A stretch of 64,000 nucleotides of DNA from Leucobacter denitrificans (GCA_040393365.1 JBEBUJ010000001.1:33616-97615); one strand, 5' to 3'; positions 20,243 through 34,412 are shown, counted from the stretch's first letter. Translations and numbers: made by a program. Notes: generated by a model not told the origin, from the letters alone.

Positions 20243-21800
20243 CCCATCCTGGGAGCCAGTGATGCCAGTGCCAGAACCAATCTGGAATTGGCACACCAGA
20301 CCATACGGGAAAGAACAGCACTGCGAGAACGAGCGCAGCCGCAATGAAGAGCGCGGCTGCGAGTCGGCGCCCGAGCAGGACCTCGGCATCAAGATCGGTG
20401 GCTGAGCCGGCCGTGCTAGGGGTCGGGTGTTCACTGGCTACATCGGTGATAGCGGGAGCATCGGCGTCGCGCTCGATGCGTGCTCGCGGCAATAGTCGGC
20501 ACCATTCGCCAATGACCAGGGCGACTGCGAGTGCGGCGAACGGGGTGAGCACGACCGCATAGAACTGAAACACTGCGGGGCGCGAGAAGGTGAGAACCCA
20601 CGGGATCCACCCCGAAAGGTACCCGGTGAGCACGAACGCCGACGTAAACACCAGGGTGCCTGGTGTGAATACGCGCCAGACGCGGTCGGGGAAGGAGCGG
20701 CGCGCGATCCACCACACCAGCACGCACAGTGCCACGACACCGCCGATGATGACTATGGGGTTCGGTATTGACGAGATCGCGGCCGTGTAGCCGTCGCCGA
20801 CCGAAGCCTCATACATGCCCGTGGGTCTTAGGGCGAGGGGCCAGGTGAGCGGATCGGCGAGATACGGGTGTGGTGCCGACAGGGTTGAGTGCCAGGCGAA
20901 GATATCGACGTGGTACGCCCACAGTTCGCTGATCCACGAACCCGAGCCGCGGCCCCAGCCGCCCGCGGTCATGATCCACCCCGCCCAACTTGCAATGTAG
21001 ACGGCGAGGGTCACCGGCAGCGTGATTAGCCCAGCAACCACTGCCTGCAAGAGTGCTCGACCCCACGCTCGAGCGGTGGAAGCGCCGTGCGTGCGCGCGG
21101 ACCTCAGGCGGTACGCCACGTCGCGCGCGGTGATGAGTAGGAGGAACGCGGCGAGCGGGTACAGCCCAGACCACTTCACAGAGGCCGCGCACCCGAAGGC
21201 GATGGCGGCGGCGAGAAGCCACGGACGCAACCAGAGCACCTCGGGGCGTGAGGGGGTGGTGCGATCCACCACCCACACGTGATCGCGCCACACAAAGAGC
21301 GCGCCGAACACCACAAAAAACGTGAGAAACCCATCGAGCACACTCACCCGGGTGAGCGTGACGTGCACGCCATCGACCGCGAGCACGAGGCCCGCGATGA
21401 GCGTGACGAACGTGTTGCGACTCATCAGCCAGGCGATGCGCATCGTGACACCGACCGTGGCGACCCCGAACGTGGCGACCGCGAACCGCCAGCCCCAGGG
21501 CGAGTGCTCCCCAAATAGCAGAATCCCGAGACCGATGAGCCACTTGCCGAGCGGTGGGTGCACGGCGAAGTCGGGCGAACTTAAGAACGGCGAACCCATG
21601 CGGGTGTCGTCATCGGGCCAATTCGTGGGGTAGCCGTGAGCGAGCTGCGTGATCGCGTCGCGCACGTAATACAGCTCATCGAATACCAGCGAACTCGGCT
21701 GGCCGAGCGCCCAGAACCTTGCGAGCGTCGCGATTGCGAGCACGGTCACCACTCCGATCGAGGTGAACCACCTCAAGTCTGAGAGCGCACGCGCGGGCAT
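20238..21800 (-). CDS. pmt: Protein O-mannosyltransferase (Pmt, GT39)
   Basis: [25 protein letters not shown] motifs; polytopic membrane protein. Confidence 0.92.
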   Translation of the reverse strand: MPARALSDLRWFTSIGVVTVLAIATLARFWALGQPSSLVFDELYYVRDAITQLAHGYPTNWPDDDTRMGSPFLSSPDFAVHPPLGKWLIGLGILLFGEHSPWGWRFAVATFGVATVGVTMRIAWLMSRNTFVTLIAGLVLAVDGVHVTLTRVSVLDGFLTFFVVFGALFVWRDHVWVVDRTTPSRPEVLWLRPWLLAAAIAFGCAASVKWSGLYPLAAFLLLITARDVAYRLRSARTHGASTARAWGRALLQAVVAGLITLPVTLAVYIASWAGWIMTAGGWGRGSGSWISELWAYHVDIFAWHSTLSAPHPYLADPLTWPLALRPTGMYEASVGDGYTAAISSIPNPIVIIGGVVALCVLVWWIARRSFPDRVWRVFTPGTLVFTSAFVLTGYLSGWIPWVLTFSRPAVFQFYAVVLTPFAALAVALVIGEWCRLLPRARIERDADAPAITDVASEHPTPSTAGSATDLDAEVLLGRRLAAALFIAAALVLAVLFFPVWSGVPIPDWFWHWHHWLPGWD

Positions 21801-21828
21801 GAAGCTAGCCTACGGCTACGATAGTGGG

Positions 21829-23595
21829 GTGATCACACGGCTCAGTTCATTCTTTCTCAAGACCCTGCGCGAGGATCCCTCAGACGCGGAGGTCATCAGC
21901 CACAAGCTCCTGCTGCGTGCGGGGTATATTCGCCGCCAGGCGCCAGGAGTGTTTGCCTGGTTGCCACTCGGACTGCGTGTGAAGGGCAAGATCGAGCAGA
22001 TTATTCGCGAAGAGATGGCCGCTGCCGGGGCGCACGAGGTGCACTTCCCGACGATGCTGCCGCGCGAGCCATACGAGGCGACCGGGCGCTGGGAGGAGTA
22101 CGGTGACGCGCTTTTCCGACTGAAGGATCGGCACGGCGCCGATTACCTGCTCGCGCCGACTCACGAGGAAGCTTTCACGCTCATGGTGAAAGACATCGTG
22201 ACCTCGTACAAGGATTTGCCGCTGCAACTTTTCCAGATTCAGGACAAGTACCGCGACGAGGCGAGGCCGCGCGCGGGGCTGCTGCGTGGCCGCGAGTTCA
22301 CTATGAAGGATGCGTACTCGTTCGATGTCTCCGACGAGGGACTGAATGCGAGCTACCAGTCGCAGCGCGACGCGTACGAGCGCATTTTTCGGCGCTTGGG
22401 GCTTGAGTACGTCATCGTATCTGCCGATGCGGGTGCGATGGGTGGATCGCGATCCGAGGAGTTCCTGCTTCCGATTGAGATTGGCGAAGACACGTTTGTG
22501 CGTTCGGCGGGGGGATATGCGGCGAACGTCGAGGCGTACGAATCACCGGTTCCGGCCGAGATTTCGATCGAGGGGCAACCCGAGGCGGTCGTGTTCGACT
22601 CACCCGACACTCCAACAATTGAGACGCTCGTTGCGCACACGAATGCCGTACTCACGCGGGCCGATGGGCGCGAGTGGAACGCTGCGGACACCCTGAAGAA
22701 TGTGGTGCTCGCGGTGACCGACCTCGAGGGAAACCGCGAACTCGTGGTGATCGGCGTTCCAGGTGACCGCGATGTCGACATGAAGCGCGTCGAGGTTGCG
22801 TTCCCGAACGCTGAAGTCGAACCGGCTACGCCTGAGGATTTTGCGAAGCACCCACTGCTCGTCAAGGGGTACATTGGTCCGGGAGCCCAGGGTGCTCCCG
22901 TGCTCGGCGCACAGAGCGCAACCGGTATTCGTTACCTCGTCGACCCCCGTGTTGTGAACGGCACCTCATGGGTGACGGGCGCGAACGAAGATGAGAAGCA
23001 CGTCGCGTACCTCGTTGCCGGTCGGGATTTCGTCGCGGATGGCGTTGTTGATGTCGCTTCGGTGCGCGACGGCGATCCCGCTCCCGATGGATCAGGGCCC
23101 ATCGAGACCGCACGCGGCATGGAGATCGGCCACGTGTTCCAGCTCGGCCGTAAGTATGCCGAGGCGCTAGGGCTCAAGGTGCTCGATGAGAACGGAAAGC
23201 TCGTCACGGTCACCATGGGCTCATACGGTATCGGTGTGACCCGCATCATGGCTGTGCTCGCAGAGCTCAATCACGACGAGCGCGGGCTGGTGTGGCCGCG
23301 CGCGATCGCGCCCTTTGACCTGCACGTGGTTGCGACCGGCAAAGACGCATCGATCTTCGAGACAGCAGAGTCGCTCGTTGCGACGCTCTCAGCAGCGGGG
23401 GCCGACGTGCTCTTTGACGATCGCCCGAAGGTGTCACCCGGTGTGAAGTTCGGCGATGCCGAATTGCTCGGTGTGCCGCGCGTTGTCGTCGTGGGTCGTG
23501 ACGCGGCAGACGGTTTCGCCGAGGTGTGGGATCGGGCAGCGGGAACGAAAGAAAAGGTAGCGATAGCCGACGTGCCTGCACTGTTCGATCTATAG
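21829..23595 (+). CDS. proS: Proline--tRNA ligase
   Basis: [24 protein letters not shown], editing insertion, [10 protein letters not shown]-like motif, MGSYGIG. Confidence 0.98.
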   Translation: MITRLSSFFLKTLREDPSDAEVISHKLLLRAGYIRRQAPGVFAWLPLGLRVKGKIEQIIREEMAAAGAHEVHFPTMLPREPYEATGRWEEYGDALFRLKDRHGADYLLAPTHEEAFTLMVKDIVTSYKDLPLQLFQIQDKYRDEARPRAGLLRGREFTMKDAYSFDVSDEGLNASYQSQRDAYERIFRRLGLEYVIVSADAGAMGGSRSEEFLLPIEIGEDTFVRSAGGYAANVEAYESPVPAEISIEGQPEAVVFDSPDTPTIETLVAHTNAVLTRADGREWNAADTLKNVVLAVTDLEGNRELVVIGVPGDRDVDMKRVEVAFPNAEVEPATPEDFAKHPLLVKGYIGPGAQGAPVLGAQSATGIRYLVDPRVVNGTSWVTGANEDEKHVAYLVAGRDFVADGVVDVASVRDGDPAPDGSGPIETARGMEIGHVFQLGRKYAEALGLKVLDENGKLVTVTMGSYGIGVTRIMAVLAELNHDERGLVWPRAIAPFDLHVVATGKDASIFETAESLVATLSAAGADVLFDDRPKVSPGVKFGDAELLGVPRVVVVGRDAADGFAEVWDRAAGTKEKVAIADVPALFDL

Positions 23596-23643
23596 GCGCT
23601 GATCGATCTCAGAGCACAGCGCGGAGACGTAAGACATAGACAC

Positions 23644-23680
23644 AAAGAAACCCGCCGGTTCGTTCCGGCGGGTTTCTTTT
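23644..23680. terminator. Bidirectional intrinsic terminator between proS and carD
   Basis: AAAGAAACCCGCCGG-ttcgtt-CCGGCGGGTTTCTTTT. Confidence 0.9.
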
Positions 23681-23723
23681 ACGTCACAGCAACCGAAGGG
23701 TGCGAGAACCCTGCAGATCGAGG

Positions 23724-24209
23724 CTAGGAGGCGAGCACCTCGTCGAGAATCTCGTTAGCTTTGTCCTCGTCGGTCTTCTCCGCAAGCGCGAGCTCAGATA
23801 CGAGAATCTGGCGTGCCTTTGCGAGCATGCGCTTCTCGCCCGCAGAAAGTGAACGCACCTCCTGGTCTCGGCGCCACAGGTCACGTACGACCTCTGAAAC
23901 CTTGATGACGTCGCCCGAAGCAAGCTTCTCAGTGTTCGCTTTGAAGCGGCGCGACCAGTTCGTTGGTTCTTCCGTGAACGGGGTGCGCAGCACCTCGAAC
24001 ACCTGCTCAAGACCTTCTTGGTCAATGACGTCGCGAACACCTACGAGATCGCAGTTCTCAGCTGGAACCTCAATAGTGAGATCGCCCTGATCGACCTGAA
24101 GCTTCAGAAACAGCTTTTCTTCGCCACCGAGCTTGCGCTTCTTCACCTCGATGATCTTGGCTGCGCCATGGTGAGGGTAGACGACGGTCTCTCCGACCTC
24201 AAATTGCAT
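23724..24209 (-). CDS. carD: RNA polymerase-binding regulator CarD
   Basis: [34 protein letters not shown]. Confidence 0.97.
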   Translation of the reverse strand: MQFEVGETVVYPHHGAAKIIEVKKRKLGGEEKLFLKLQVDQGDLTIEVPAENCDLVGVRDVIDQEGLEQVFEVLRTPFTEEPTNWSRRFKANTEKLASGDVIKVSEVVRDLWRRDQEVRSLSAGEKRMLAKARQILVSELALAEKTDEDKANEILDEVLAS

Positions 24210-24372
24210 CGAGTTGCTCCTTGTTGTTAACCAACCACTAGAATACCACAGCTCGCACACGAAGGTAAGGGTGACCTAAGTCGCAGGCGGCTTATGCATC
24301 GCGATAGTATGGGCGAAGGTCTGTGCGTTTATGGCGCGCAAAATACAGCAACTACATGGCTCGGAGGCCCTC

Positions 24373-24948
24373 TTGAAGAATCGGATCGCCGCTTCAATCG
24401 CACTGGCAGCTGGGCTCGCGCTTGGCGCGAGCGGCTGCAGCCTCATTGCGCACAACGGCACGAGCGTGCAGTACGCGCCGAGTGACGGTGTTGAGATTTC
24501 GGCTCCGGGCGTGGCTCTTCGAAACATCATCCTCGTGGCAGATCAGTCGGGCGAGAACTTCAATGTTGTGTTCACCGCGGTGAACAGCACTGATGCGCCT
24601 GCCAGTGTGTCGATCACGTTTGAAACTGCGGGCGAGTCATCGCTCGTTGAGTTCGTGGCGCCCGTTGGCAGTACCTCATTTGGCAATCTCGACGAGGGCC
24701 AAGATGTGCTTGTAGCGACCCTCTCAGGGGTAGAGGCTGGCCAGACGATTGAGGCGTTCTTCACGATCAACGGTGAGGGCGACCTGCACGAATACGTGCC
24801 GGTACTTGACGGCACGCTGGTTGAGTATCAGCGGTACGTGCTCGACCAGAGCGTCTTCCAGGTGGAGGTAGAGGCAGAGCTCGAAGCCGAAGCCGGGACC
24901 GTGGCTGAGTCGGGTGCCGACGCAGACGCGACCGCCGACGCCGAGTAA
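24373..24948 (+). CDS. Lipoprotein (LpqE-like)
   Basis: GGAGG RBS, TTG start, lipobox ASGC, YAPSDGV motif; usual neighbour of carD. Confidence 0.8.
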   Translation: MKNRIAASIALAAGLALGASGCSLIAHNGTSVQYAPSDGVEISAPGVALRNIILVADQSGENFNVVFTAVNSTDAPASVSITFETAGESSLVEFVAPVGSTSFGNLDEGQDVLVATLSGVEAGQTIEAFFTINGEGDLHEYVPVLDGTLVEYQRYVLDQSVFQVEVEAELEAEAGTVAESGADADATADAE

Positions 24949-24950
24949 CG

Positions 24951-25649
24951 CTAGCCGAACCGATAGCCCACACCACGCACAGTTGAGATGAGCTTCGGAC
25001 TCGCGGGTTCCTCCTCAATGCGTGAGCGCACTCGTTTCACGTGCACGTCAAGCGTCTTGGTGTCGCCGTAGTAGTCGCTGCCCCACACCCGATCGATGAG
25101 CTGACCTCGCGTGAGCACCCGCCCACTGTGGCGCATGAGTAGCTCAAGCAGTTCAAACTCGCGGAGCGGCATGGTGATCTCAGTTCCGCGCACAGACACC
25201 GAGTGGCGCTCGGTGTCGAGGCGGATCCCGTGCTCTTCGAGGGCGGCATCGGCCGTCTCCTCGACACCCTCACCTTCCCCTGACGCCGCTCCACGACGAA
25301 GGGCTGCGCGCACCCGAGCGAGCAATTCCCGAGTCGAATAGGGCTTCGTCACGTAGTCGTCAGCACCGAGTTCGAGCCCAACAACGATGTCGATCTCGCT
25401 GTCCTTCGCTGTGAGCATGATGATCGGAACCTGTGACTGCTGCCGAATCTCTCTGCACACTTCCGTTCCGGGAAGCCCGGGGAGCATGAGGTCGAGCAGC
25501 ACGAGGTCTGCACCTCCCGAGAAGAAGGCCCGCACGGCCTCTGATCCATCATCGATAACCGTGACACGGTATCCCTCGCGTTCGAGAAGATACGCGAGTG
25601 GCTTAGAAATCGACTCTTCGTCCTCGACCAGGAGTATGTGTGCTGCCAC
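24951..25649 (-). CDS. regX3: OmpR-family response regulator RegX3
   Basis: LVEDE, LTAKDSEID, VWGSDYYGDTKTLDVHVKR. Confidence 0.92.
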   Translation of the reverse strand: MAAHILLVEDEESISKPLAYLLEREGYRVTVIDDGSEAVRAFFSGGADLVLLDLMLPGLPGTEVCREIRQQSQVPIIMLTAKDSEIDIVVGLELGADDYVTKPYSTRELLARVRAALRRGAASGEGEGVEETADAALEEHGIRLDTERHSVSVRGTEITMPLREFELLELLMRHSGRVLTRGQLIDRVWGSDYYGDTKTLDVHVKRVRSRIEEEPASPKLISTVRGVGYRFG

Positions 25650-26758
25650 TACTCGTGTCCTTTCGTCTCAGTGAGTTGTTTGAGCGCCCTGCGAGCGCGC
25701 TTCACGCTTTTCTCACGCCGCTTCTTCGGTGCGTCTCCGAGAGGAAACGTCAGCGTGAAACGGGCACCCTTGCCGAGCTCAGAGCGGAGGGTGATGTCGC
25801 CGCCGTGTGCGCGTAGCGAGTGGCGGGCGATGCTGAGCCCGAGACCGGTGCCGCCGTCGGTGCGACTACGGGCGGTGTCGACTCGGTAGAAGCGTTCAAA
25901 GATGCGTTCTTGATGCTCGGGTGCGATGCCCTCACCGTTGTCCCTGATCGAAACGGCAAAGTTCCGCTTGCGGTGAGACATGCGCACTTTCACAGTGCCA
26001 CCCTCGGGGGAGTGGCGAATCGCGTTGCTCAGCACATTCGCGAGGGCACTTGCGAGTGCGCTCGCCCGTCCGTGAATCACAGCTTTGCGCTTGGCGTCAG
26101 ACTCGTCGATGAGCACGAGGTTCACTCCGTACTGTGCTGCGAAGCCCTCATGGGCCTCAACTTCCTCGCGCACGAGCGAGCGTAGTTGGACCTTCTCGAG
26201 TGACTCTGGACGAAGCTGTGACTGTGCCTCTGAGAGCTGAATGATGTCTTGGGAGAGGTTCGCGAGGCGCTTCGACTCCTTGATGAGGCTTGCCGCGAAA
26301 TCACGAACGAGCCCAGGAGTATCGGCGGCCTCGCGCACCGCCTCCGAGAGCAGCCCGATGGCTGCGATCGGGGTTTTCAGTTCGTGCGACACGTTCGCGA
26401 TGAAGTCGCGGCGCATCGCGTTCAGGCGCTGCTCTTCGCCGAGGTCTTGCGCCAGCAGCACGAGCAGGTCGGGCTCGATGCGCAACAGATGGGTGCGCAC
26501 GGTGTCGCGCGGGTCGTCGGGGTGTGGATCGCGACTGGACGACACTCCCGTTTCGAGCACGCGCTGCGCCCGATTCATGAACACGGGGGATTGCAACATC
26601 GATCCACTGATCGTCTCACTGCGCCTCGCAGCGGCGTTCGCAAAGACCGGCGTGAGCGTCGCATCAAGGATGACCGCAAAGGTGTCGATACTTTCGAGAA
26701 TTGTGGTTGCGATCTCGGGAAGGCCGTGACGCTTCGGCAATTCAGCGAGCGGGAGCAT
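25649..26758 (-). CDS. senX3: Sensor histidine kinase SenX3-like
   Basis: RRDFIANVSHELKTP, IFERFYRVD, GGTGLGL; lies between regX3 and phoU; start uncertain. Confidence 0.85.
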   Translation of the reverse strand: MLPLAELPKRHGLPEIATTILESIDTFAVILDATLTPVFANAAARRSETISGSMLQSPVFMNRAQRVLETGVSSSRDPHPDDPRDTVRTHLLRIEPDLLVLLAQDLGEEQRLNAMRRDFIANVSHELKTPIAAIGLLSEAVREAADTPGLVRDFAASLIKESKRLANLSQDIIQLSEAQSQLRPESLEKVQLRSLVREEVEAHEGFAAQYGVNLVLIDESDAKRKAVIHGRASALASALANVLSNAIRHSPEGGTVKVRMSHRKRNFAVSIRDNGEGIAPEHQERIFERFYRVDTARSRTDGGTGLGLSIARHSLRAHGGDITLRSELGKGARFTLTFPLGDAPKKRREKSVKRARRALKQLTETKGHE

Positions 26759-26807
26759 GTCTTCATCGTAAACGTGAGAGAACCGTTCGCGCACCGTACG
26801 GTGAAGA

Positions 26808-26845
26808 GTTCAGGCATTGTTTACCTCTGAGAGACTCAGGGTTCA
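26808..26845 (+). promoter_or_regulatory. PHO-box-like direct repeats upstream of phoU
   Basis: GTTCA (26808), GTTTA (26819), GTTCA (26841), all in 11-bp phase. Confidence 0.6.
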
Positions 26846-26897
26846 TGAATGCGAGGGAAGGTAGATACGCACGGTTATCGGCAAATGAAAGGACACC

Positions 26898-27539
26898 ATG
26901 CGCGCGGTATTTCAGCAGTCGCTGAGTGAATTACAGGAGCGACTCGTCGGTATTGCCGAGCTCGTAGAAGCCTCGATCACCGAAGCGACGCAGGCGTTTG
27001 CGGCTTCTGACGCTGCGCTCGCCGAGAGCGTCATCGAGCGCACGGAAGAGGTCGAGACGCTTGCCCTCGAGCTCGATGAGCTCGCGATCACGATTCTGCT
27101 CCGTGAATCGCCAGTTGCATCAGACCTGCGGCTCGTCGTGAGCTCACTGCGCATGAGCTCATCGCTCGAGCGCATGGCGGATCTCGCGCAGCACATCGCC
27201 CAGCTCGCCCGCTACCGCTACCCCGAGAGCGCTATCCCGCAGGGGCTCAGAAAGATCTTTGCCAAGATGGGCGCGATCGACGTCGAAATGGCGGGCGCAG
27301 TCGTGACCCTCTTGCGCGAGCAGAACCCCGAGACTGTAAACGTGATCCGCGACCTCGATGACGGTCTCGATAAGCGTCATGCCAAGGTGTTCGAAAAGGT
27401 GCTCAGCGACAAACTCTCGGCTGATGCTCTCGGAGTCGTCGACGCGACGCTCGCGAGTCGGTACCACGAGCGCTTCGGGGATCACGCGGTGAGCGTTGCG
27501 AAGCAGATGCAGTATTTCTTCTCGGGCGAGCTCGCTTAG
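26898..27539 (+). CDS. phoU: Phosphate signalling protein PhoU
   Basis: PVASDLR, LERMADLA, ERFGDHAVS; divergent from senX3. Confidence 0.95.
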   Translation: MRAVFQQSLSELQERLVGIAELVEASITEATQAFAASDAALAESVIERTEEVETLALELDELAITILLRESPVASDLRLVVSSLRMSSSLERMADLAQHIAQLARYRYPESAIPQGLRKIFAKMGAIDVEMAGAVVTLLREQNPETVNVIRDLDDGLDKRHAKVFEKVLSDKLSADALGVVDATLASRYHERFGDHAVSVAKQMQYFFSGELA

Positions 27540-27599
27540 CGCTCGCCTGCGCCGACTTTCTCGCACGAAACCGGGCTGCGCGAACGCTAGGCTTAGAGG

Positions 27600-29051
27600 G
27601 TGACGCAACGCATTTACGACTCGCGCGAGCAGGCAGTTGTCGACTTTACCCCGCGGCAAGCGGGGAAGGTTGGCATGTACGTCTGTGGCCCGACCGTGCA
27701 GTCTTCGCCACATATTGGGCACCTGCGCAGCGCGCTCGTGTATGACCAGATACGCCGCTGGCTGACCGCCACGGGGCACAAGGTGACGCTGATCCGCAAC
27801 GTCACCGATATTGACGACAAGATTCTTGACAACGCTCGCGCGGCACAGCAGCAGGGCGGTTCGGAAGAGTGGTGGGCGCTCGCGTATCGCGTGGAACGCG
27901 AGTTTACGGCCGTGTATGACGCACTCGGCATCTTGGCGCCGACCTATGAGCCGCGCGCCACAGCGAACATACGCGAGATGATTGACCTCATCGAGCGGCT
28001 CGTCGAGCGCGGCCACGCGTACCAGGCAGGCGACGGCTCAGCGAGCGTCTACTTCGACACGGCTACGTGGCCGGACTACGGAGAGCTGACTCGCCAGAAG
28101 CGTGATCAGATGGAGGACGCCGCAGACTCGGAGCCGGTTGGTAAGCGGGACCCGCGAGATTTCGCGCTCTGGAAGGCGCATCGCGACCGCGAACCGGTGA
28201 CGGCATCGTGGGACTCACCCTGGGGTCGCGGCAGGCCTGGTTGGCACATTGAGTGCTCGGCGATGGCTGCACGGTACCTCGGAGAGTCATTTGATATTCA
28301 CGGGGGCGGCCTAGATCTTCGCTTTCCGCATCACGAGAACGAGATGGCGCAGTCGCGCGCGGCGGGTCAAGAATTTGCGAAGCACTGGATCCACAACGGA
28401 CTCGTGAACATCGGCAGCCAGAAGATGTCGAAGTCTCTCGGCAATTCGCTCTTTGCGGCCGAACTGCTGCAGCAATCTCGGCCGATTGTGATGCGCTACT
28501 TCTTGGGGTCTGCGCATTATCGGTCGGTGCTCGATTTTTCGGAGACCTCACTGGCTGAGGCGGCTGCGGCCTTCGAGCGTATCGAGGGCTTTCTTGCGCG
28601 CGTAGAGAGCGTCTTGCCGGGTGTGGATCTCGCACCGCTCGGTGGTTCGGCCACGGTCGGTAATCTTCCTGCCGAGTTCACCGCCGCGATGCTCGATGAC
28701 TTCGGCATTCCGCAGGCGCTCGCGGCGCTCCACGGCGCTGTGCGGGCGGGCAACACTGCGCTCGATGCAGGAAACACGGAGACAGCATCGCGATGCGCGA
28801 GCGAGGTCGTCGCGATGCTCGACGTGCTCGGGCTCGACCCGCGAGACGCGGCTTGGGGAGATCGATCCGCAACTGGCGATGCCGCTGTAACGAATGCGCT
28901 CGACACCTTGGTCACCGCGCTCATCGAGCAGCGGGCGCAGGCCCGCGCTGACAAAGATTTCGCGACAAGCGACCAGATCCGCGACCGCCTGGCGGCCGCC
29001 GGAATCACCCTCGAAGACAGTTCAAACGGAACCCGCTGGAGCCTCACATGA
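27600..29051 (+). CDS. cysS: Cysteine--tRNA ligase
   Basis: [26 protein letters not shown]. Confidence 0.98.
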   Translation: MTQRIYDSREQAVVDFTPRQAGKVGMYVCGPTVQSSPHIGHLRSALVYDQIRRWLTATGHKVTLIRNVTDIDDKILDNARAAQQQGGSEEWWALAYRVEREFTAVYDALGILAPTYEPRATANIREMIDLIERLVERGHAYQAGDGSASVYFDTATWPDYGELTRQKRDQMEDAADSEPVGKRDPRDFALWKAHRDREPVTASWDSPWGRGRPGWHIECSAMAARYLGESFDIHGGGLDLRFPHHENEMAQSRAAGQEFAKHWIHNGLVNIGSQKMSKSLGNSLFAAELLQQSRPIVMRYFLGSAHYRSVLDFSETSLAEAAAAFERIEGFLARVESVLPGVDLAPLGGSATVGNLPAEFTAAMLDDFGIPQALAALHGAVRAGNTALDAGNTETASRCASEVVAMLDVLGLDPRDAAWGDRSATGDAAVTNALDTLVTALIEQRAQARADKDFATSDQIRDRLAAAGITLEDSSNGTRWSLT

Positions 29052-30046
29052 GCAACAAGAAGGGGCGCCCAGGCGCCGTACGCAAAAAGGGACTCGGCAA
29101 GGCCGTAGGCTCAGGAGGCCAGGGGAGGCAAGCGCTCGAAGGGCGTGGGCCGACCCCAAGAGCCGAAGATCGCGAGTACCATCCCGCGGCGAAGAAGAAG
29201 GCCGCCAAAGAACGTTACGAGGCCGCGAAGGCCCGCCACACGGGTCGCGGCGGTGCTCCAGCAGGTGGTCGCGGTGGATCGGGCCGCAAGACCGACGAAT
29301 CCGAGCTTGTCACGGGCCGCAACGCGGTGCTCGAGGCGCTCCGCACCAAGATCCCCGCGAGCACGCTCTATGTCGCCGCGCGTATCGAGATGGATGATCG
29401 CATGCGCGAGATTCTGCGAATCGCAACGAATCGTGGCGTCGCCGTGCTTGAGGTCATGCGGCAGGAGCTTGATCGCATGACCGAGCGAGACACCGTGCAC
29501 CAGGGCGTGGTGCTCAAAGTTCCACCGATGGAGTACTCGCACCCGATGGACCTGCTCGAGGAAGTGCTTGAGCGAGGCGAGGTGCCGCTGCTCGTTGCGC
29601 TCGACGGAGTGACTGACCCCCGCAATCTCGGGGCGATCATTCGCTCGGTTGCCGCCTTTGGCGGGCAGGGTGTCATCATCCCGCAGCGCCGATCCGCCGG
29701 TCTGAATTCTGCTGCCTGGAAAACATCTGCCGGTGCCGCTGCGCGTATTCCCGTGGCACGCGCCTCGAATCTCACCCAAACGATCAAGGAGCTCAAGAAG
29801 CAGGGGCTCTTTGTTGTGGGACTTGACGGCGACGGCGACGTGAGCCTGCCGGGCCTCGATCTTGCTGGACGGCCGCTTGTTGTCGTCGTCGGGAGCGAGG
29901 GCAAGGGGCTGTCGCGCCTCGTGACCGAAACGTGCGATGCGATCGTGTCGATTCCGATCTCTGCCGCGACCGAGTCGCTCAACGCCGGTATCGCCGCGAG
30001 CGTCGCCCTCTACGAGGTCTCGAAGCTGCGCGCCGAACAGGCTTAG
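29048..30046 (+). CDS. rlmB: 23S rRNA G2251 2'-O-methyltransferase
   Basis: [26 protein letters not shown]; directly follows cysS. Confidence 0.95.
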   Translation: MSNKKGRPGAVRKKGLGKAVGSGGQGRQALEGRGPTPRAEDREYHPAAKKKAAKERYEAAKARHTGRGGAPAGGRGGSGRKTDESELVTGRNAVLEALRTKIPASTLYVAARIEMDDRMREILRIATNRGVAVLEVMRQELDRMTERDTVHQGVVLKVPPMEYSHPMDLLEEVLERGEVPLLVALDGVTDPRNLGAIIRSVAAFGGQGVIIPQRRSAGLNSAAWKTSAGAAARIPVARASNLTQTIKELKKQGLFVVGLDGDGDVSLPGLDLAGRPLVVVVGSEGKGLSRLVTETCDAIVSIPISAATESLNAGIAASVALYEVSKLRAEQA

Positions 30047-30086
30047 GCGAGACGGGTCTAGGCGGCCCGGTGCCTCGGGGCGCCGC

Positions 30087-31220
<1,134 letters not shown>

Positions 31221-31295
31221 CTAAATTACTTGGGAGGCACCTTGCCGCGCAGTACCGTAAGCTGGCGGGGAGACACCAATGCTGTGGGGAGACAT

Positions 31296-31985
31296 TTGAC
31301 GGACCTGATCGATACCACTGAGATGTACCTCCGCACGATCCTCGAACTTGAGGAGGAGGGCATCGTGCCGTTGCGTGCGCGCATTTCCGAGCGCCTCGGG
31401 CATTCGGGTCCCACGGTTTCTCAGACTATCGGCCGCATGGAACGTCTGGGGCTGGTGGTGGTGTCGAACGATCGCCATCTCGAGTTCACCGAAGAAGGGC
31501 GAACGCTTGCGACTCGCGTGATGCGCAAGCACAGGCTCGCAGAACGACTCCTCGCTGACGTCATCGGCCTCGAGTGGGAATTCGTGCACGAGGAGGCGTG
31601 CCGCTGGGAGCACGTGATGAGCGAGCAGGTTGAACGCAAGCTCTTGAGCATTCTCGACCGTCCCACAGTCTCACCGTATGGCAATCCGATTCCCGGTCTC
31701 GAAGAGCTCGGTGGTGCGCCGATGCTCATGGTAGATCCGCACGAACTCAGTATGAGTGAGTGGATCGCGGGGGTTTCTGGCACATCGAAGGCGTCGATCC
31801 GCCGACTCGCCGAACCCGCGCAGTTTGATCCCGAACTGCTCGCCCAGTTCGCATCCGCTGGCGTTGTGCCCGGAAACAGAGCTTCTTTCACCCGCGTCGA
31901 CGACTTTGTGCGGATCGAGGTGGAGGGAAAACGTGAGGCAATCGACATACCCTTGGAGATGGCCGCGCACATTTTCGTCTCGTAG
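31296..31985 (+). CDS. ideR: DtxR/IdeR iron-dependent repressor
   Basis: DTTEMYLR, MRKHRLAE, HEEACRWEH, SPYGNPIPG; TTG start after GGGGAG. Confidence 0.93.
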   Translation: MTDLIDTTEMYLRTILELEEEGIVPLRARISERLGHSGPTVSQTIGRMERLGLVVVSNDRHLEFTEEGRTLATRVMRKHRLAERLLADVIGLEWEFVHEEACRWEHVMSEQVERKLLSILDRPTVSPYGNPIPGLEELGGAPMLMVDPHELSMSEWIAGVSGTSKASIRRLAEPAQFDPELLAQFASAGVVPGNRASFTRVDDFVRIEVEGKREAIDIPLEMAAHIFVS

Positions 31986-31989
31986 ATGA

Positions 31990-33423
<1,434 letters not shown>

Positions 33424-33440
33424 GCCTGTGAGATCTGAAT

Positions 33441-33469
33441 GTGACATTCCGGCAGCGCTCAACTAGTCT
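33441..33469 (+). promoter_or_regulatory. Probable sigma-A promoter of NlpC/P60 copy 1
   Basis: GTGACA-17 bp-TAGTCT; identical hexamers and spacing at copy 2. Confidence 0.7.
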
Positions 33470-33478
33470 TGTCAGGGT

Positions 33479-33539
33479 TTCGCTTCAAACGGTCACTCAG
33501 GAACCGCCCGAAGCAACACAACGTGAGGTAATAAATTCA
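33479..33539 (+). ncRNA. Candidate structured 5'-leader RNA, copy 1
   Basis: GCTTC-AAA-CGGT...ACCG-CCC-GAAGC hairpin, conserved with copy 2. Confidence 0.5.
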
Positions 33540-34271
33540 GTGATTCAGCACCCGAACACCGAGGTCGTAGCTGCGGCCAACGAGGCAGCACACACAGCAC
33601 CAACTTCGGTGAAGGTCAAGAAGATCGCCAAGGTCACCGGCGCGGCAGTATTCACATTCGCAATGTTCGGAACGCTTGCGTTGCCTGCATATGCAATGAA
33701 CTCTACTGACGTCTCTGCAGAGGTAGTTCAGGCTGCACCCGCTCAGTCGATTAAGGTCACTGCGGGACCTCCGCTCGTTGCGATTGACGACGTGCCACTC
33801 GAGGTCGCGACCAGCGCCATTCAGCAGGAACGGCTCGAGCGTGAGATTGCTGAGGCAGAGGCTCAGGCGGAGGCTCGTGAAGAAGCTGCCGCCTCTGCCG
33901 TAGAGGTGCCTGCTGGAGTGGGCGCGAGCGGACTCGTTTCGGCTGCACTCGCTCAGGTCGGCGTGTACCAAGATTGCACTGACCTCGCGCAGAACGCACT
34001 TGCTGCCATTGGACTCACAGAGCGCCGAGACCAGGGTGGGTACGACCACGGTGTGAGCGACTTCTTCCGGTACGGAGAGTCAACTGCGTATGTACACGGC
34101 ACGACGGCACTTGCGCCGGGAGATCTGCTCATGTGGCCGGGCGCACCCCACGTTGCTGTTTACATCGGTAATGGCCAGGCCGTGCACGGCGGGTGGACCG
34201 GCGGTACCACCGTTGTCGCAGGTCTGAGTATCTACGCGGGGCTTCCGACGCACGTTGTGCGCATGAGCTAA
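33540..34271 (+). CDS. Secreted NlpC/P60 (C40) peptidoglycan endopeptidase, copy 1
   Basis: Signal peptide ending AYA, Ala/Glu linker, QDCT..PGDLL..HVAVYIG..VHGG (Cys-His-His triad). Confidence 0.9.
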   Translation: MIQHPNTEVVAAANEAAHTAPTSVKVKKIAKVTGAAVFTFAMFGTLALPAYAMNSTDVSAEVVQAAPAQSIKVTAGPPLVAIDDVPLEVATSAIQQERLEREIAEAEAQAEAREEAAASAVEVPAGVGASGLVSAALAQVGVYQDCTDLAQNALAAIGLTERRDQGGYDHGVSDFFRYGESTAYVHGTTALAPGDLLMWPGAPHVAVYIGNGQAVHGGWTGGTTVVAGLSIYAGLPTHVVRMS

Positions 34272-34281
34272 ATGACGCTAT

Positions 34282-34313
34282 CGAAAGGCGCAGCCTCAGG
34301 GCTGCGCCTTTCG
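34282..34313 (+). terminator. Hairpin terminator after copy 1
   Basis: CGAAAGGCGCAGCC-tcag-GGCTGCGCCTTTCG. Confidence 0.85.
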
Positions 34314-34383
34314 CATATCCCAGCGAACCGACGCTGCAATATCAGTCTCTCGCCGAATGAAATGTACGGATCGTAATGAGAAC

Positions 34384-34412
34384 GTGACAATTTCGTGACA
34401 TTCGGTTAGTCT
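34384..34412 (+). promoter_or_regulatory. Probable sigma-A promoter of copy 2 overlapped by a GTnAC-n6-GTnAC (MtrA/GlnR-type) box
   Basis: GTGACA-17 bp-TAGTCT; GTGAC-aatttc-GTGAC at 34384-34399. Confidence 0.65.

Noticed and set aside
33470-33540. c-di-AMP (ydaO) riboswitch ahead of the NlpC/P60 genes
   Set aside because: The leader is only about 60 nt and lacks the multi-stem ydaO architecture
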